64,000 bases of DNA from Octopus vulgaris (GCA_951406725.2 OX597833.1:49848001-49912000), one strand, 5' to 3'. Positions 14,151-28,424 are shown, counted from the stretch's first letter. Numbers and translations are program-made. The notes: generated from the sequence alone by a model not told the origin.

Positions 14151-14934
14151 GTGGTAGTTTTTAAGTATATGTGTATGTAAACTTGCTAGTGAATGCGCAA
14201 TGCATATGTTAAAACTACATACTTTTAGTGTTACGTTATTGGTTAGAAAATGTAACGAAGGGGATAGACATACAGCAGTGAACATGCTAACAACACTCTA
14301 GATATTTTTGCCGTCCGCTGATGATGTCGTGCTTAAGCGAGAGGTGTATAAAAACTAGTTGTCTACAGCTAGAAATGGCAAGCCAAGGGTGGCAACTCTG
14401 TAGGAGCCACTTTAATATCCGCTTGTGATTGCCATAGCCTTAATGACTTATTGTTATACCGTAACACAAGCATAGAAATAGATACATGCATTTTCACGCA
14501 CGCACACACACATACACACACACACATACACAAAGCACACATTCACAAGCATACACACACATATATATATATATGGATAGGTATTTGCCAATTTTTCCCT
14601 CTGAAACCAGAAGCCGATCTTACGATAATTCCTCTATGCGATCATCTACTGGTTGCATATTTCGTACTTTCTGGATATTTCATCTGCTAAATATGAACAT
14701 TGCAATTAACACGTAAGTCTGAGCTTCCAGAAACAACTGCCGAGATAAAAATCTATTAATTCCCCACTTAGCTTTTCTGCATGCAGTTTTCTGTATTCCT
14801 TCTTTCCTTAGTTTTCATGTAAAATTAAGTTAATTTGTCAATATATATAAATATGTATATTATTGTAGGTATCTTTTATGCTTCTGCATATATTTAGGTT
14901 TTGTTTTGTGTGTGTGTCTCTGTCTATCTGTCTG

Positions 14935-15027
<93 letters not shown>

Positions 15028-15030
<3 letters not shown>

Positions 15031-15135
15031 ACCCGTCCTTGTGTTTTTTTTGTATCGTCTATCTGGATGTTTTGTTGTCCCTTTTCGTATTACCTTGTTG
15101 TCCGGATGTTTTGCATTCTTGTCCCATTTTGTATT
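15028..15135 (-). repeat. Short interspersed repeat embedded in (TA)n; inverse copy at 47285-47390
   Basis: gtatcgtctatctggatgttttg...tccggatgttttg..ttcttgtcccattttgta is the reverse complement of 47283-47390. Confidence 0.85.
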
Positions 15136-15574
15136 ATGTATATATATATATATATATATATATCCCTACATATATCTATGTGTATATGCGTGTATATTCA
15201 TATATCCCTATATATATATATAAATAGTTGTATATATGTATGTATATTTATATATATCAAACCTAGTCGTGTGTATCTGCATCACTATTTCTATATGTAT
15301 AGATATGTGTGCGTGTATGAGTTTGGTGTGTACAGGTATGTGTATATTGTTGCTGTTCTTAAATGGTTCAAATAACCCTTTATACAATATGCCCGAAATT
15401 TTGTTGGATGGATCTAGTCAATAACATCGCCCCCAAAGCTAAGCGGGTTCTTATTTGATTGACCACGAAACGTTGAAAAGTAAAGTCGATCTCGGCGGAA
15501 CTTGAACGCAGAACGTAAAACGAGGAAAGGGAAAAGAAAAAAAAACATGCCGTTAAACATTTTGTCTGGAGTGA

Positions 15575-16060
15575 ATAATGATGTTGACAACGACGACGAC
15601 GATGATAATAATGATAATGTTGATGATAATGATGATGATGATGATGATGATGATGATAACGATGATGATGATGACGATGACGACGATGACGCTGATGGTG
15701 ATAGTATTGATGATGATCATGAGAACGCAGTGGTGGAGGAGGATGGTGATTACCGTTGGAAATATTAATAGACTTCGGTATGGCTCAGCCATCCCGAATA
15801 CAGTATTAGTCGTAGTAGTAGTCGTAATAGTAATAGTAACAGTAGTAGTAGTTGCGTTGGTTGTAGTAATTGCATTAGTAGTTGTGGTGGTATTAGGAGT
15901 AGTAGTAGTGGTGGTAGTGGTAGTAATAGTATTAGTAGTAGTGGTGGAATTAAGAGTAGTAATAGCGGTGGTGGTGGTGGTAGTAGTATGGTTTGTTGTA
16001 GTAGTAGTAGTACTAGCAGTAGTAGTGGTAATAGTAACAGCAGTAGTAGTGGCAGCAGCA
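15575..16060. repeat. (GAT)n followed by (GTA/GTG)n trinucleotide low-complexity tract
   Basis: Direct inspection. Confidence 0.9.
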
Positions 16061-17028
16061 TCTGTGAACTCTGTCGTCTATACTGATGCTACTTCTGTCG
16101 ATAGAATGTTATGAATAAAGAGTTAAAGGAATGATACACAATAGATTTAAGGAACCGTCACATAGGGAACTAACTGGTGGTATTGAATTACTGTAGAAAG
16201 TAAATCTGATGCCTGCTAAGTATTATTTTTTGGTAAAGCTATCATGCAATAGATACAGTGAATCTAAGTTTGATCATATCCAGAACTCTCACACTTTTGC
16301 GTTTGGTTTGCAAGATTCTTGATGTGAACTGGTGTGTTGAGGCAGATTTTGTTGTGTCCCGGGAAGTCAATTATGTCACTAAGAAACGCACATTGTTTCA
16401 TTTCGACTTCTCTTTTTATTATTAGTTAATTAGTTAATATTTAATCAATTAAATAAAGGACTGTTTGATTAATCGTCCTGTCAATCTTCTAACATAGGAA
16501 GTTAGGCGTGGAACAATGAGGATATATCATCGAAGAAGTCACGGTGGTACTTCAGGAATTTGAAAAACCTAGATGATTAAATGATTGACCAAAACAGTAA
16601 TCAAACAATTGTTTATCTAATGGGTTAAAATGTTAACAAATTAATGAGAAGAAATGAAATAGGACCCGTGCGTGTTGTGTCTTAGAAGGTCATGACTGGA
16701 ATAACCACCCCCTGAGATACAACGGACAGAGCAATTACAATATTTAGAAAATATCATAATTTTTGCAATACCATAATGCGGCAGATGTGAACGAACATAA
16801 TTACCCGAAAATGTTGAATAATATCTCATCTTTGGTAGAGAATTTTGTGGAAGCTCAAAATATAAGAAGATAGCTTCTAAGGGATCATTCGAAATAGCTG
16901 CCAAAAATACCACAAACACAAACCATACATTGCACTCTTAAACATATTTTTAAAATACTTGGAACAAAACTATCTATCTATTTATATGTATGTATATACA
17001 CAGATATTTACGTATATATGTGTGCTTA

Positions 17029-17075
<47 letters not shown>

Positions 17076-17746
17076 CGATAACTTTTTAATAACTGAAAAC
17101 TCACGAAATGACTCTTGAATTAGCTGAGAAACAATGGAAGCTCTCAGTCACATGAGTCCTTAACAAAGAACTTCATAGTCGAGTAATCATTTTTTTCTCT
17201 ATATTTCAAAACAGCTCTCCGTTTTCACTGATAACTTTTGGAAATTTATAATCGAAATAATTAATTTTGATTTTGATCAAGGTCACCAGTTCTGAGACGA
17301 AGGGGCCTGTCGTTGCAATGGACTCCAGTATAAGGCTGGTACTTTATTTTGGTTACACTGTATGGATAAAAAGCGAAGTTGATCTCGGCTAGTTTCCTAC
17401 TCTGAATGTATGTAAAAACAACCCGGGGCTTGTATTTTTATCACCCACAGACAGTTGAAATAAAAACGCAAAGTTGAACATTTATGTGAAGTATTATAGA
17501 CATCGGTTAACAAATGAGTATGTTGTTTTATAATTTTTATTTTATGCATCGGCTTATAGTAGTTGCGAATTGAAAACACAAGAGAAAATGATTAAATAAG
17601 TTTGTCTATTCTGTGTCTACAAGCCTGACGAGATCGGTTCGTTTGACGAGCCTACGAAATGAGCCGTGTCAAACTATTACTAAATAATATATGTAATTCT
17701 TACCAAATGTGCTGTGTACGCCCCTCTTGCTTTCGTTGGCGTAATC

Positions 17747-17789
<43 letters not shown>

Positions 17790-18759
17790 CATATATATGT
17801 GTTTGTATATGTGTATGCATACACACACATACATGTATTACATGGATATACATGTATGTACGTATGGGCATGTGTATGTATATATTTTAAACTCCCAGGA
17901 GAAACAAAGAAAATAAGGGAGTTATTTTTCAGCTTGAATCGTACAACGAAATTGGACTCCTTTCATTTAGCCTCTTTAATTTTCAGAAATTTCAGTCGAA
18001 CACGGTTAGTTATATGTATAATACTAAAAAAATTCACATCCTTTCTTGGACGGTTTGGGTGTGGGGGTACCTTGTTAAGCTGTGCTACTTCGGTGGTTTG
18101 TTAATTAGATCGTATGCAAAATAGAAACTCACCAGGAGGTGGGAGACGGCTGTAGCCTACTGTCGGAAGCTATCTCATATGAGGTATATCTGGAGATCAG
18201 AAACCAGATCTGCTTTTCAACACTTCATCTAATTGCTAGCTTGTTTTCATTCCCAAGCGAAGCAAGCGTGAGTAACTTTATAGTCATAACCACATGCGAC
18301 GAAAAACCCCCCAAAAACTACAGACTAACATATTTGCAGTCAAAAGATAGATAGTCTATGTTAAACCCCGTCAAACGTACAAACAAATATATGTGCGCGT
18401 AAACACACACACGTAAATTCGTATAGCGGGGCAAAATGAGCTAGAAAGAATAGATTTCTTCTCAATGAATGAATGATTTCAGAAAGCTTTACAAATGTAG
18501 TTTATTCTCAAAATTCTTGTATCGTTATAAAGTCATATACTTTCTTATATATATACATGCAAACGTCCATATAAATATCTACAAGCACTCAGAAATCATC
18601 TTTGCACCTCCTCCCAATTATGCATATATATAAAATTACGTGTATATAAGCATATATGTATTAATATGAATATATACATATGTATCTGTATACATGTATA
18701 TGTATGTGTACACATATGCATGTATACACATATATATATATACATATATATATTTATAA

Positions 18760-18838
<79 letters not shown>

Positions 18839-18890
18839 CATACATACATATATATACATATACATATCTATCTATATATCAATCTATCTA

Positions 18891-19337
18891 TCGATCGATC
18901 TATCTATCGCTATATGTATATATATATAATTAATTAAATAAGGCAGCTAATTAGCAGAGTTTCATCAAAAACGAAAACAATAAATGTCATTAAATACAAC
19001 TGAGGGCGTTAGAAACTCCTACACTGCTAGAAATAAGAGCTAAATACAGACACTCACGCATACAAACAGCCTTATACGTTCTTTGACATTGTATTTCTAT
19101 CACGATTCTATGAACTTACGAATATTTCTTTTTACACATCGATCGATCTATCTATCGCTGTATGTGTATGTATATATATACATAATTAATTAAATAAGGC
19201 AGCTAATTAGCAGAGTTTCATCAAAAAGGAAAGCAATAAATGTCATTAAATACAACTGAGGGCGTTAGAAACTCCTACACTGCTAGAAATAAGAGCTAAA
19301 TACACACACTCACGCATACAAACAGCCTTATACGTTC
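18891..19337. repeat. Local direct duplication of ~190-200 bp (18891-19081 and 19138-19337)
   Basis: tcgatcgatctatctatcgct...taattaattaaataaggcagctaattagcagag...cagccttatacgttc is present twice with few differences. Confidence 0.95.
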
Positions 19338-19364
19338 GTTGCTCTTTTCCCACAACTTTCTCTT

Positions 19365-19526
19365 ACTCTTACTTCCTGTTTCTGTTGTACCTGTATTTCA
19401 AAGGGCCGGCCTTATCACTCTCTGTGTCACGCTGAATATCCCCGAGAATTATGTTAAGGGTACACGTGTCTGTGGAGTGCTCAGCCACTTACACGTTAAT
19501 TTCACGAGCAGGCTGTTCCGTTGATT
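19365..19526 (+). mobile_element. Interspersed repeat family C (probable SINE body or tail); copies at 47025-47225, degenerate at ~2480-2620 and ~58870-59010
   Basis: Shared tctgttgtacctgtatttcaaagg...ctgtgtcacgctgaat..ccccgagaa.ta.gttaagggtaca. Confidence 0.8.
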
Positions 19527-19778
19527 CTGTCACAATTAAGAGGCGGTCACTGCGATTATCAAGCTGATATATTCTGACCGTATTTATTCATCCATTCAGC
19601 AGCGGGGTGCACAAAAAGAGGATTGTAATCCATCGTAGGCATAACCAGAAGAAAGTACCAAAGACCCACTTCGTCGGATTATCACAGTGACGTGAAACGC
19701 AGGTTGTTAGAACAATAATCCAGTTTAAATAATTTTTTTTTCGTCTTCTATTCACCTTTCTTACAATACTAAAATACA

Positions 19779-19865
<87 letters not shown>

Positions 19866-20528
19866 TGGGTAGGCCGATTTATGGGGTTACTCTGGGTTCT
19901 TCATATATAAGGGGTTTAGCCTTACGGTGTATCTTCAGGTACCAAATACTGCTGGCCTGAGACCTCTTTAAGATATAGAGGGGGAAAAAACCTCGTTTTA
20001 AAGGTAAAAGCCTAGGTGATTATCTCCCTTCGCCATTGTCCATCGATCTTCGGTCGAAGAGATTCCATACTCGTTCGCATGGAATATACTCAAGAACCCA
20101 AACCTCTACATCAACAGGACGAAACGGTGCAAGGTATGTATTACCGAACGCACGAGGATCCTTAAAGACTCGCTCGTGCCAGGGGGCATCCTGAGCTCCG
20201 GGCTATGCTTGCGTTTTAGAAAATTTCTGCTGGCCTTTTGGAATACGCAGGGCAGCACTGCAGCCGAAAACAATAGCTAAAGCCGAAGGGAGACTATCGT
20301 TTATCTTCGTGGCGCTTGGGTGACTGCAAGATGACGGCACAGCCGAAGACCGATGTACAATTTTAAAGGGAGGTAATCAACTAAGGTTTTACCTTTAAAG
20401 CGAGCCTTTTCCCACTCCATATGCTAAACGTCTCAAGTTAGCTGAGTTAGGGGTCTGAAGACTCGTCGTAAGGCTAAATCCCTTATAAGCAAGCGACCCA
20501 GGTTAACCCCATAAACCGGCTTATCCCA
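19866..20528. mobile_element. Fold-back element/MITE with ~190-bp imperfect terminal inverted repeats
   Basis: Arm 19866-20053 (tttatggggtta..ctgggt...tttagccttacg...tttaaaggtaaaa..ctag.tgatta.ctccctt...catcg.tcttcgg) is the reverse complement of arm 20342-20528. Confidence 0.85.
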
Positions 20529-20812
20529 TTTTGATATTAACTGCTCTACATCTTATAGTGTTCTTCTCCTCTGGATTTATGTATTTCTACAAACTACATA
20601 TATAAAGATGTGCGTGCGAGTACGAGGTGTTGATAATCGCCCTTAAATGCTTAAATTTTTTTATAAAAAAACAGTAATTTTAGGAGGACGAGTTTAATCG
20701 CACAATACTTAAAACGACAAAAAGAATTTTGTGTGGAATATCAACAGCTCTGTCACATCACCGTTTCGATAAGAATAATGATAATAATGATGATGAAGAT
20801 GATGATGATGAA

Positions 20813-20846
<34 letters not shown>

Positions 20847-20961
20847 TTGGTTGTGGTGGTGATGATGATGATGATGATGATGATGATAATAATAATTTCA
20901 TCTGTCTGATGACCCGGCTTGTCATGGAGACTAGTATAAATTATACTATAGAAGTATGCTT

Positions 20962-21010
<49 letters not shown>

Positions 21011-21016
21011 TATATG

Positions 21017-21061
<45 letters not shown>

Positions 21062-21959
21062 GTATGTATATATACTTATAACTATATTCATATATATACG
21101 TATATGTACATATATATACGTATATGTATATATACATACATATATACGTATATGTATATATACATACATATATACGTGTATGTATATATACATATATATA
21201 CGTATATATATGCATATATATATATACGCACACACACCCAACTAAACGTACACACATACACACACACATATGATTAATCAAATACCCAACGAAAACTCAG
21301 CCAGTAAACGTGCTTTACCGGCAAACTACCAGGTGTATGCCATCCGATTTGTTATTAATAACATCAACAACAACAATAATAATAATGATAATAATAATAA
21401 TAAATATAATTATGTATATATACATATATATATGCATACATACATATCATGCTTTATATATACGTGTTTATAAATATATATGTGTATACATGCATATATC
21501 AAAATATGCATATATAGATGCATACATATATCATTCACATTTAAAAATACACATGCATATGCACATATACATATTTTATAAGAATGCATGCTTACTCTAT
21601 ATATATATTAATTTACATGCAGACGACAGAGTATGCTAAAAGTGCAAGTCGCATTTGCACAATTATAGCATGCATCGTTGGGATTATGTATATGGATATT
21701 TTGCTAGAAGTCGGTGTATATTTATTTCATTGCTTCTGTATGTATGCTCCTTACTCGCACGTACGGTAATAATAGGTATATACTCAGAAATATAGGACTA
21801 TGCACTTTTGTGTGTAGGTAATTATGTAACTATGCTGCCATTCTTTCAGAAATGCGTGAACAATGTGGTAATACATATTCAAGCATCATGCCTCCACCAT
21901 AATTTCTTCGTGTGCATGCGTTTAGAACCAACAAACTATTATTACTACCATTGTTGTTT

Positions 21960-21978
21960 CATCATCATCGTCATTATT

Positions 21979-22014
<36 letters not shown>

Positions 22015-22045
22015 GTTATTATTATTATTATTACTATTATTATTA

Positions 22046-22077
<32 letters not shown>

Positions 22078-22189
22078 GTTATTGTTATTATAATTGTTAT
22101 TGTTATTATCATTATTATTATTATTATCATTATCATTATTATTATTGTTATTATTATTGTTGTTATTATTATTATTATTACTATTATAA

Positions 22190-22253
<64 letters not shown>

Positions 22254-22255
22254 AT
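21960..22255. repeat. (ATT)n trinucleotide array
   Basis: Direct inspection. Confidence 0.95.
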
Positions 22256-22536
22256 TTTATTTCTCAGAGAACTCGGTTATACTTGCTCAGGTTGATTCTG
22301 CGAGTGCGGACAGCAAACTTGTTGTCAGAGGTCTCATGGTGTCTATTTCTGCAAATCATTATTATCAATATTGTTATTATTATTATGAAGGTTGCTATTA
22401 ATATAACGGCTGGCAGAATAGTTCCCACCCAGGAGAAAATGTTTAGCGGAGAAAATGTCCAACATTTGAGCATTGGTGGCGATATAATGAGTTGCTCTCT
22501 GCCCTCAGAATTGCTTGTTTTATGCCAAACTTTGGA

Positions 22537-22616
<80 letters not shown>

Positions 22617-22620
<4 letters not shown>

Positions 22621-23066
22621 TAGTTTTATTTTTATAGCGTGCTTTCACTTCACTACCGAGCACAGCTCTGTGTGCCTTGGGTATGTGCTGTGATTTGTTG
22701 TGATGCTCTGATGGTTATTGTATGGAAAGTGTTCTGCGTAGGATGTGTGCAGTGCCTAGTAGTGCAATTTTCTGTATGTTATATGTGTTTGTAAGTCCTG
22801 GTGTTTTTGTTATGTATTTGTCTGAATATTTTTTTATCATGCCTAATGCACCTACTATGATAGGAATTGTTTCTGTTTTCAGGTTCCACATTCTAGTTAC
22901 CTCTATTTCCAGGTCTTTGTATTTTGAGAATTTCTCCATTTCTTTTAGAGACACGTTGTCATCAGCCGGTATTGATACATCAATTAGAAAGCATTTTTTT
23001 TCTTCATGATCTCTGACAACTATATCTGGTCTGTTAGCCTTAATTTCTCTATCTGTGTGTATCGGC
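22617..23066 (-). mobile_element. 5'-truncated R4/Dong-like non-LTR retrotransposon: restriction-like endonuclease C-terminus plus 3' UTR
   Basis: Open frame PIHTDREIKANRPDIVVRD...LIDVSIP...EKFSKYKDLEIE...IPIIVGALG...QKIALLGTAHILRRTLSIQ* (PD-(D/E)xK RLE), stop at 22715; flanked on both sides by (TAA)n. Confidence 0.9.
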
Positions 23067-23085
23067 ATTATTATTATTATTATTA

Positions 23086-23147
<62 letters not shown>

Positions 23148-23148
<1 letters not shown>

Positions 23149-23433
23149 TATGTTTGACTTTTGCTTTACATTTGTACAAGTTGGCTCCAAGTCTCACCCA
23201 GAGACCTCAAGAGACAACAGGTTGGAAGTTCATGTTGTTGTTATGCCTAGTGTGCCATATATTTGGTTTTGTATTTAGTGTTGTTCTAGTGAATGTCTAC
23301 CCCCGCTCCCCCCCCCCAAAAAAAAAACGAAAATTATGTTTGTTTTAAAACTTGAGATTACATAGAAAGTATTTTGCGTAGGATATGAGCAGATCCCATG
23401 GGCACTATCTTTTGAATTTCTGCCATTTTGGGG

Positions 23434-23436
<3 letters not shown>
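23148..23436 (-). mobile_element. Second R4/Dong-like family, extreme 3' end
   Basis: PKMAEIQKIVPMGSAHILRKILSM* followed by a 3' UTR nearly identical to 52330-52600; flanked by (TAA)n. Confidence 0.85.
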
Positions 23437-23489
<53 letters not shown>

Positions 23490-23518
23490 TACTACTACTA
23501 CAACTAGTACCAACACTC

Positions 23519-23722
23519 ATTAGCATGTCGGGCGAAATGCTTAGCGGCATTTCGTCTGTCTTTACATTCTGAGTTCAAATTCCACCGAGGCCGACTTTGC
23601 CTTTCATCCTTCCGGGGCCGATAAATTAAGTACCAGTTACGCATTGGGGGGGGGGGCTATGTAATCGACTAGTCCCTTCCCCTAAAATGTCAGGCCTTGT
23701 GCCTTTAGTATAAAGGATTATT
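23519..23722 (+). mobile_element. SINE family B, slightly 5'-truncated
   Basis: ttagcatgtcgggcgaaatgcttagcgg...gcctttcatccttccggggccgataaattaagtaccag. Confidence 0.9.
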
Positions 23723-24082
23723 ATCATTATTATCATTATTGTTACATGGTATGTGTTTTTGTGAGTATAGATCATTACGTGACAATGTATGGACAAATAT
23801 GGGTCATGGTTTTGCTGTGATAATTACGTTTTCTTAATATTCATTCATAGAAACTGATGTGACAATGTCAGGCCCGTTAGTATCGTTATGTAACAGTACT
23901 ATATTTATATGCACACAACACCATGCAGCTATGCATACAAAGGATTGTGACCATGTATACATCTGTGCAAGAGGTTCGTATGTCTATGTATCTGTCTGTC
24001 TGTCTGTCTGCCTATACATTTAGATTTTTGTGCTAATTTTTTTCTGTTAAGAACAACACCAAGTGATTACATATGTCTGTGC

Positions 24083-24130
<48 letters not shown>

Positions 24131-24231
24131 GAAGTAAATATATTTACTTCTATGTATAATTTTCCCTCGCGGGCTATTCTTTACTGGAAAGCAATACTTT
24201 CGTATTGCATTACTAATTTTATATATATATG

Positions 24232-24279
<48 letters not shown>

Positions 24280-24427
24280 TGTATGTATGTATGTATGTAT
24301 GTATGTGTGTGTGTATGCATGTTTATATACAGATGTATGTGTGTGTAGATGTATTTGTGTATGCATACATATATCGTGAGAACAACGTCGTAATGTGCGA
24401 GTGTGTTTATCTTGGAAAATTTTCGTC

Positions 24428-24687
24428 TTAAACATTAACGGGAAGCGAGAGTTTTTCCGTGCCTTGGCTGAAAGTAACACTTTGGTTGGAACGATTCGAT
24501 TTGGCTGATTTGCTGCTTGTAGGTGTGGCTGAGCGATGACATGATGTAGGTTGCGACGAATACGGACTAGCTGACTGGGTGTACGACTCCCGGGTAAGTG
24601 GTGTGTAAGCTGGTCCGATTGCTGGAACACTGGGTTGGATTGGATGATAGCCCTGGTGAGCATGCGTGAACACTGCAGGTGGATTTG
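24428..24687 (-). CDS. Last coding exon of putative Shisa/CYYR1-like single-pass membrane protein (Pro/Ser/Tyr-rich tail ending -LPVNV*)
   Basis: Acceptor tttctatattttggcag|; phase 1 matches the upstream TM exon; open frame (A)NPPAVFTHAHQGYHPIQPSVPAIGPAYTP...SLPVNV*; GC-richer unique island between microsatellites. Confidence 0.75.
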
Positions 24688-25002
24688 CTGCCAAAATATA
24701 GAAACATCAAAATAATTCAAAGCTGATAAGGTATCTATAGCAACGCATGCAAGCTTTGTGCTTTGTTTGTCACGGTTATTAGAGTGAAGCAGAACAGGGT
24801 TTCGGTTGAGCGTGTATGTGTTTATGTATGAATGTATGTATGTATGTATGTATGTATGTATGCATGTATGTATGAATGTACATTTGTATGTATGCATGCA
24901 TGAATGTACGTGTGTATATAGACAAAGAGGTAAATATATTTAAGTATATGTGTGTGTGCGCGTGTGTGTATATATATATATTTATATAAATAAATACATG
25001 CA

Positions 25003-25190
<188 letters not shown>

Positions 25191-25194
25191 TATA

Positions 25195-26047
25195 CAGGGT
25201 GCGATGATTATATTGCCGCCAACTTATATTTCTAATTTCGCACATGCACGTTGTTTTTTTTAAATTTTTTCAACTACACTGTATAGTAGGGTCAGTTGGG
25301 CACCGTCTGTAATAAAAACAGCATCATGACGCAATTTACTCTCCCAGAAGTTTGGAAACGACATGTTGTACTGCTTGGCATTCGCACCGGAAGCTCCAAT
25401 ACAAAGATTTCAGAGTGTTTGGGTGTCAATCTGGGGACATCTACCGAGAGTGATAAAAACCAAACATCCAGTCAACATCAAGGCATTTGGAGCGATCACT
25501 AGTGATTTCGACGTTATACCACCATTCATCTTCCCACACGGTCTCAGACTCAACACGGATGCCTACATCAAGTGCCTGGAGGAAATAGTGCTGCCCTGGC
25601 TCACGAGGGTGGTGGTTAGAAGACCTAATATCTGGCAACGGGACTCGGCACCATGTCACACAAGCAGGAGAAACCAGTCATGGCTGTCAGACAGTTTCTG
25701 CGACCACACCACCCTTAACATCAGGCCACCTAACTCCCCAGACTGCAACCTCCTTGATAATTTCGTGTGGGGCGCACTCGAACGAGAGACCTAGAAAATT
25801 CACCCAAAGATGAACTGAAGTCAAAGTTTATTGTAGCATTCACCAACTTAAACAAGGGGTCGTCCATAAGAGTTGTAGGAGATTCCGAAGAGTTCTGGAG
25901 GCCGTGGTTGAAGCGAATGGCGATTTTATTTTATGTACTATTTTTAGATATTTTACGTACTTTTGGTCATTATATCTGTTAAAATGAGATATCAGTGTTA
26001 TTCTCATTTTTGCGTAATTTAGACGACAATTTATTCACCGCACCCTC
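25195..26047 (+). mobile_element. Internally deleted Tc1/mariner transposon, DD37D (maT) family
   Basis: Imperfect TIRs cagggtgcgatgattatattg.. / ..caatttattcaccgcaccctc, left TIR preceded by TA; transposase relics MTQFTLPEVWKRHVVLLGIR.. and WQRDSAPCH-...-PPNSPDCNLLDNFVWG with 37 residues between the 2nd and 3rd catalytic Asp. Confidence 0.9.
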
Positions 26048-26111
26048 TGTGTGTGCGTGTGTGTGTATATATATATGCATATATATGTATATATATGCAT
26101 ATATATGCATT

Positions 26112-26153
<42 letters not shown>

Positions 26154-26172
26154 TACATATGTGTATGCATAC

Positions 26173-26290
<118 letters not shown>

Positions 26291-26345
26291 TCATATGTAC
26301 ACGCATTTATACGACACACACACACATATACATAAGTATATGTTA

Positions 26346-26558
26346 GCGGGTGCTGAAAAGCTACTGGCTTTAAGGGAATCACAAAAGATCTGGCTAGAGG
26401 GACAAGTTTCCGAGTTCTTTTACAGGGCTTAGGAAAAGCGAAGGACCGCTGCAATAAGTTTGTGAACCTCAGAAGGAAATATGTTGCATAAAATCATAAC
26501 TAACTAATCCTCCGGCATTTTCTTTTGTTGAAAGCCAAGAACTTTTCATACCCCTTCG
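26346..26558 (+). mobile_element. Mariner-derived MITE (TIRs plus transposase C-terminal relic)
   Basis: TIRs gtgctgaaaagctactggcttt / aaagccaagaacttttcatacc; internal [20 protein letters not shown] resembles the mariner C-terminus; second copy at 28425-28617. Confidence 0.75.
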
Positions 26559-28105
26559 TATACCCCCCACACAAACACACATTATATATATGTATATTTA
26601 TGTGCGCATGCGTAATTGTGCGTCGCTGTTTTATGTATTCGACATGTGTATACCAATAAGCTCTCCTTCAAAACACATCATTTTGCGTTTATTACACGAC
26701 AGAGCTCTTAACAAAGTTGGTCTTACACCAATCGCAAGTGCGTAACGCTTTTGAGAAATTCTGCTGTTATTGACACAGCACACTCTTCTACACAAAATTA
26801 CACACACACACACACACATACACACACAAACACACACACAAACACGCCTATGTACGTGTGTATGCATGTATATATATATATATATATACCTATGTGCATC
26901 TGACAATATTTGTGCTTGTGATCTGTAATAAGCAGAGTGATTTTATTTTATTTAGCAGCTAAGTTTTTTCAATTATACCTCATAACGTTATATGTAGAGA
27001 AACAAAACATTCACCACACAACAGATGAAAATATTATGTACTCCGCCATATCAAAGCCAAATGAATGTATAACTAATACATTTGGGGTTTCTATATTCTT
27101 ACAATTAATCAAATCTCGATGTACTGCTAGGAAATCATATCTTGTTATTCTCGCGAATATATTGTCACTCTTCTTGTATTGCTTAAACTATTGTCAGTTA
27201 TGATACTCGACGTTTCTAACACACACACACACGGTCAATATGACAACACACACAAACGCATATACATATATACATAAATAGATACATACATACACAAACA
27301 TATTATATGCTAGAAAACACAGGACTACAATCCGAAGAAACACTTTTCGTGCAATCATCCTTATTTTCAAGGTACTCATCTCGAGAAGAAATTTCGGTAA
27401 TAGCTGAATGCTATTATGGGGCTGCTTCAGAATTAGCCAGATGTCCCTCTATGACATCGATCTAGCTTTGCAATGCGTCAAGAGTTCGTATTGCAATGTT
27501 TACAAGGACAAACTCACATGTCAGTTGGTCGAACTGAATTTATTTGTTGTTTAGAATGGCAGTACAACTGAAAAATATATATCAACAGCTGTCCTACAAA
27601 ATGAACATAAATATGTACTACGAATGCTAGGAAAGATTGCATTGTATCGTACAGAGTATAAAGTACTAGCAAGCCACGGGCAAAACTAGTCAGCTGCCTT
27701 GATAAAGTACTGTTTGCCGTAATGAATAACAACATATCAACCAGTTTATAAAAGATTCATAAAAATGTCATTGAAAAGCCACCAACTCAGTTTGGAGAAA
27801 TCTACAAATATAATTCGAAATTTATATGAGCTTATGAAGGATTCTCAGAGTTAAGGCTTTTCTGCTAAAAAGTATGAGACAAATCTATCTTAAACTGTAT
27901 CCTGCTGTCTGGGGAAAGATGAACACATGGAGTAAAGTGATTTTGAGTGCACTGCGTCTGCGATAAAGACAGGATGGTCTCACCCAGAAGCTCTTTGAAA
28001 TATAGGTCTACTCTTATCAGTGATCCAACACGGACAACAAACATGGATATACAAAGACAGACAATGAGAGAAAATTCAGAAATAAATAAACAGTACATTT
28101 ATATA

Positions 28106-28336
28106 TATTTCTTTACTACCCACAAGGGGCTAAACATAGAGGAGACAAACAAGGACAGACAAAGGGATTAAGTCGATTACATCTACCCCAGTGCGAAACT
28201 GATACTTTATTTATCGACCCCGAAAGGTTGAAAGACAAAGTCGACCTCGGCGGAATTTGAACTCAGAACGTAACGACAGACGAAATACCGCCAATCATTT
28301 CACCCGGCGTGCTAACGTTTCTGCCAGCTCGCCGGC
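28106..28336 (-). mobile_element. SINE family B monomer with ~22-bp TSD
   Basis: Full family match; flanks aaataaacagtacatttatata (28084-28105) / aaatgaacagtatatttatata (28339-28360). Confidence 0.92.
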
Positions 28337-28424
28337 TTAAATGAACAGTATATTTATATAGTCTCATGATGGAAAGACTGATTCAAGACAAGTTCGGCAG
28401 GAACAGGAAAAAAACGAAATATTT

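Noticed and set aside
14310-14430. CTGATGA plus a small hairpin as a C/D snoRNA or hammerhead
   Set aside because: No properly placed GAAA/stem II or D box with a terminal stem
12463-15424. Many overlapping [12 protein letters not shown] ORFs (also at 8, 18, 21, 26, 31, 36, 44, 51 and 56 kb)
   Set aside because: Translations of dinucleotide microsatellites
15502-16114. Poly-Asp, poly-Met and poly-Val ORFs
   Set aside because: Trinucleotide repeat artefacts; no splice or homology support
24181-24897. 238-aa minus-strand ORF
   Set aside because: Both ends are microsatellite; it overlaps the proposed last exon in a different frame, and the other frame has matching splice phase and a plausible C-terminus
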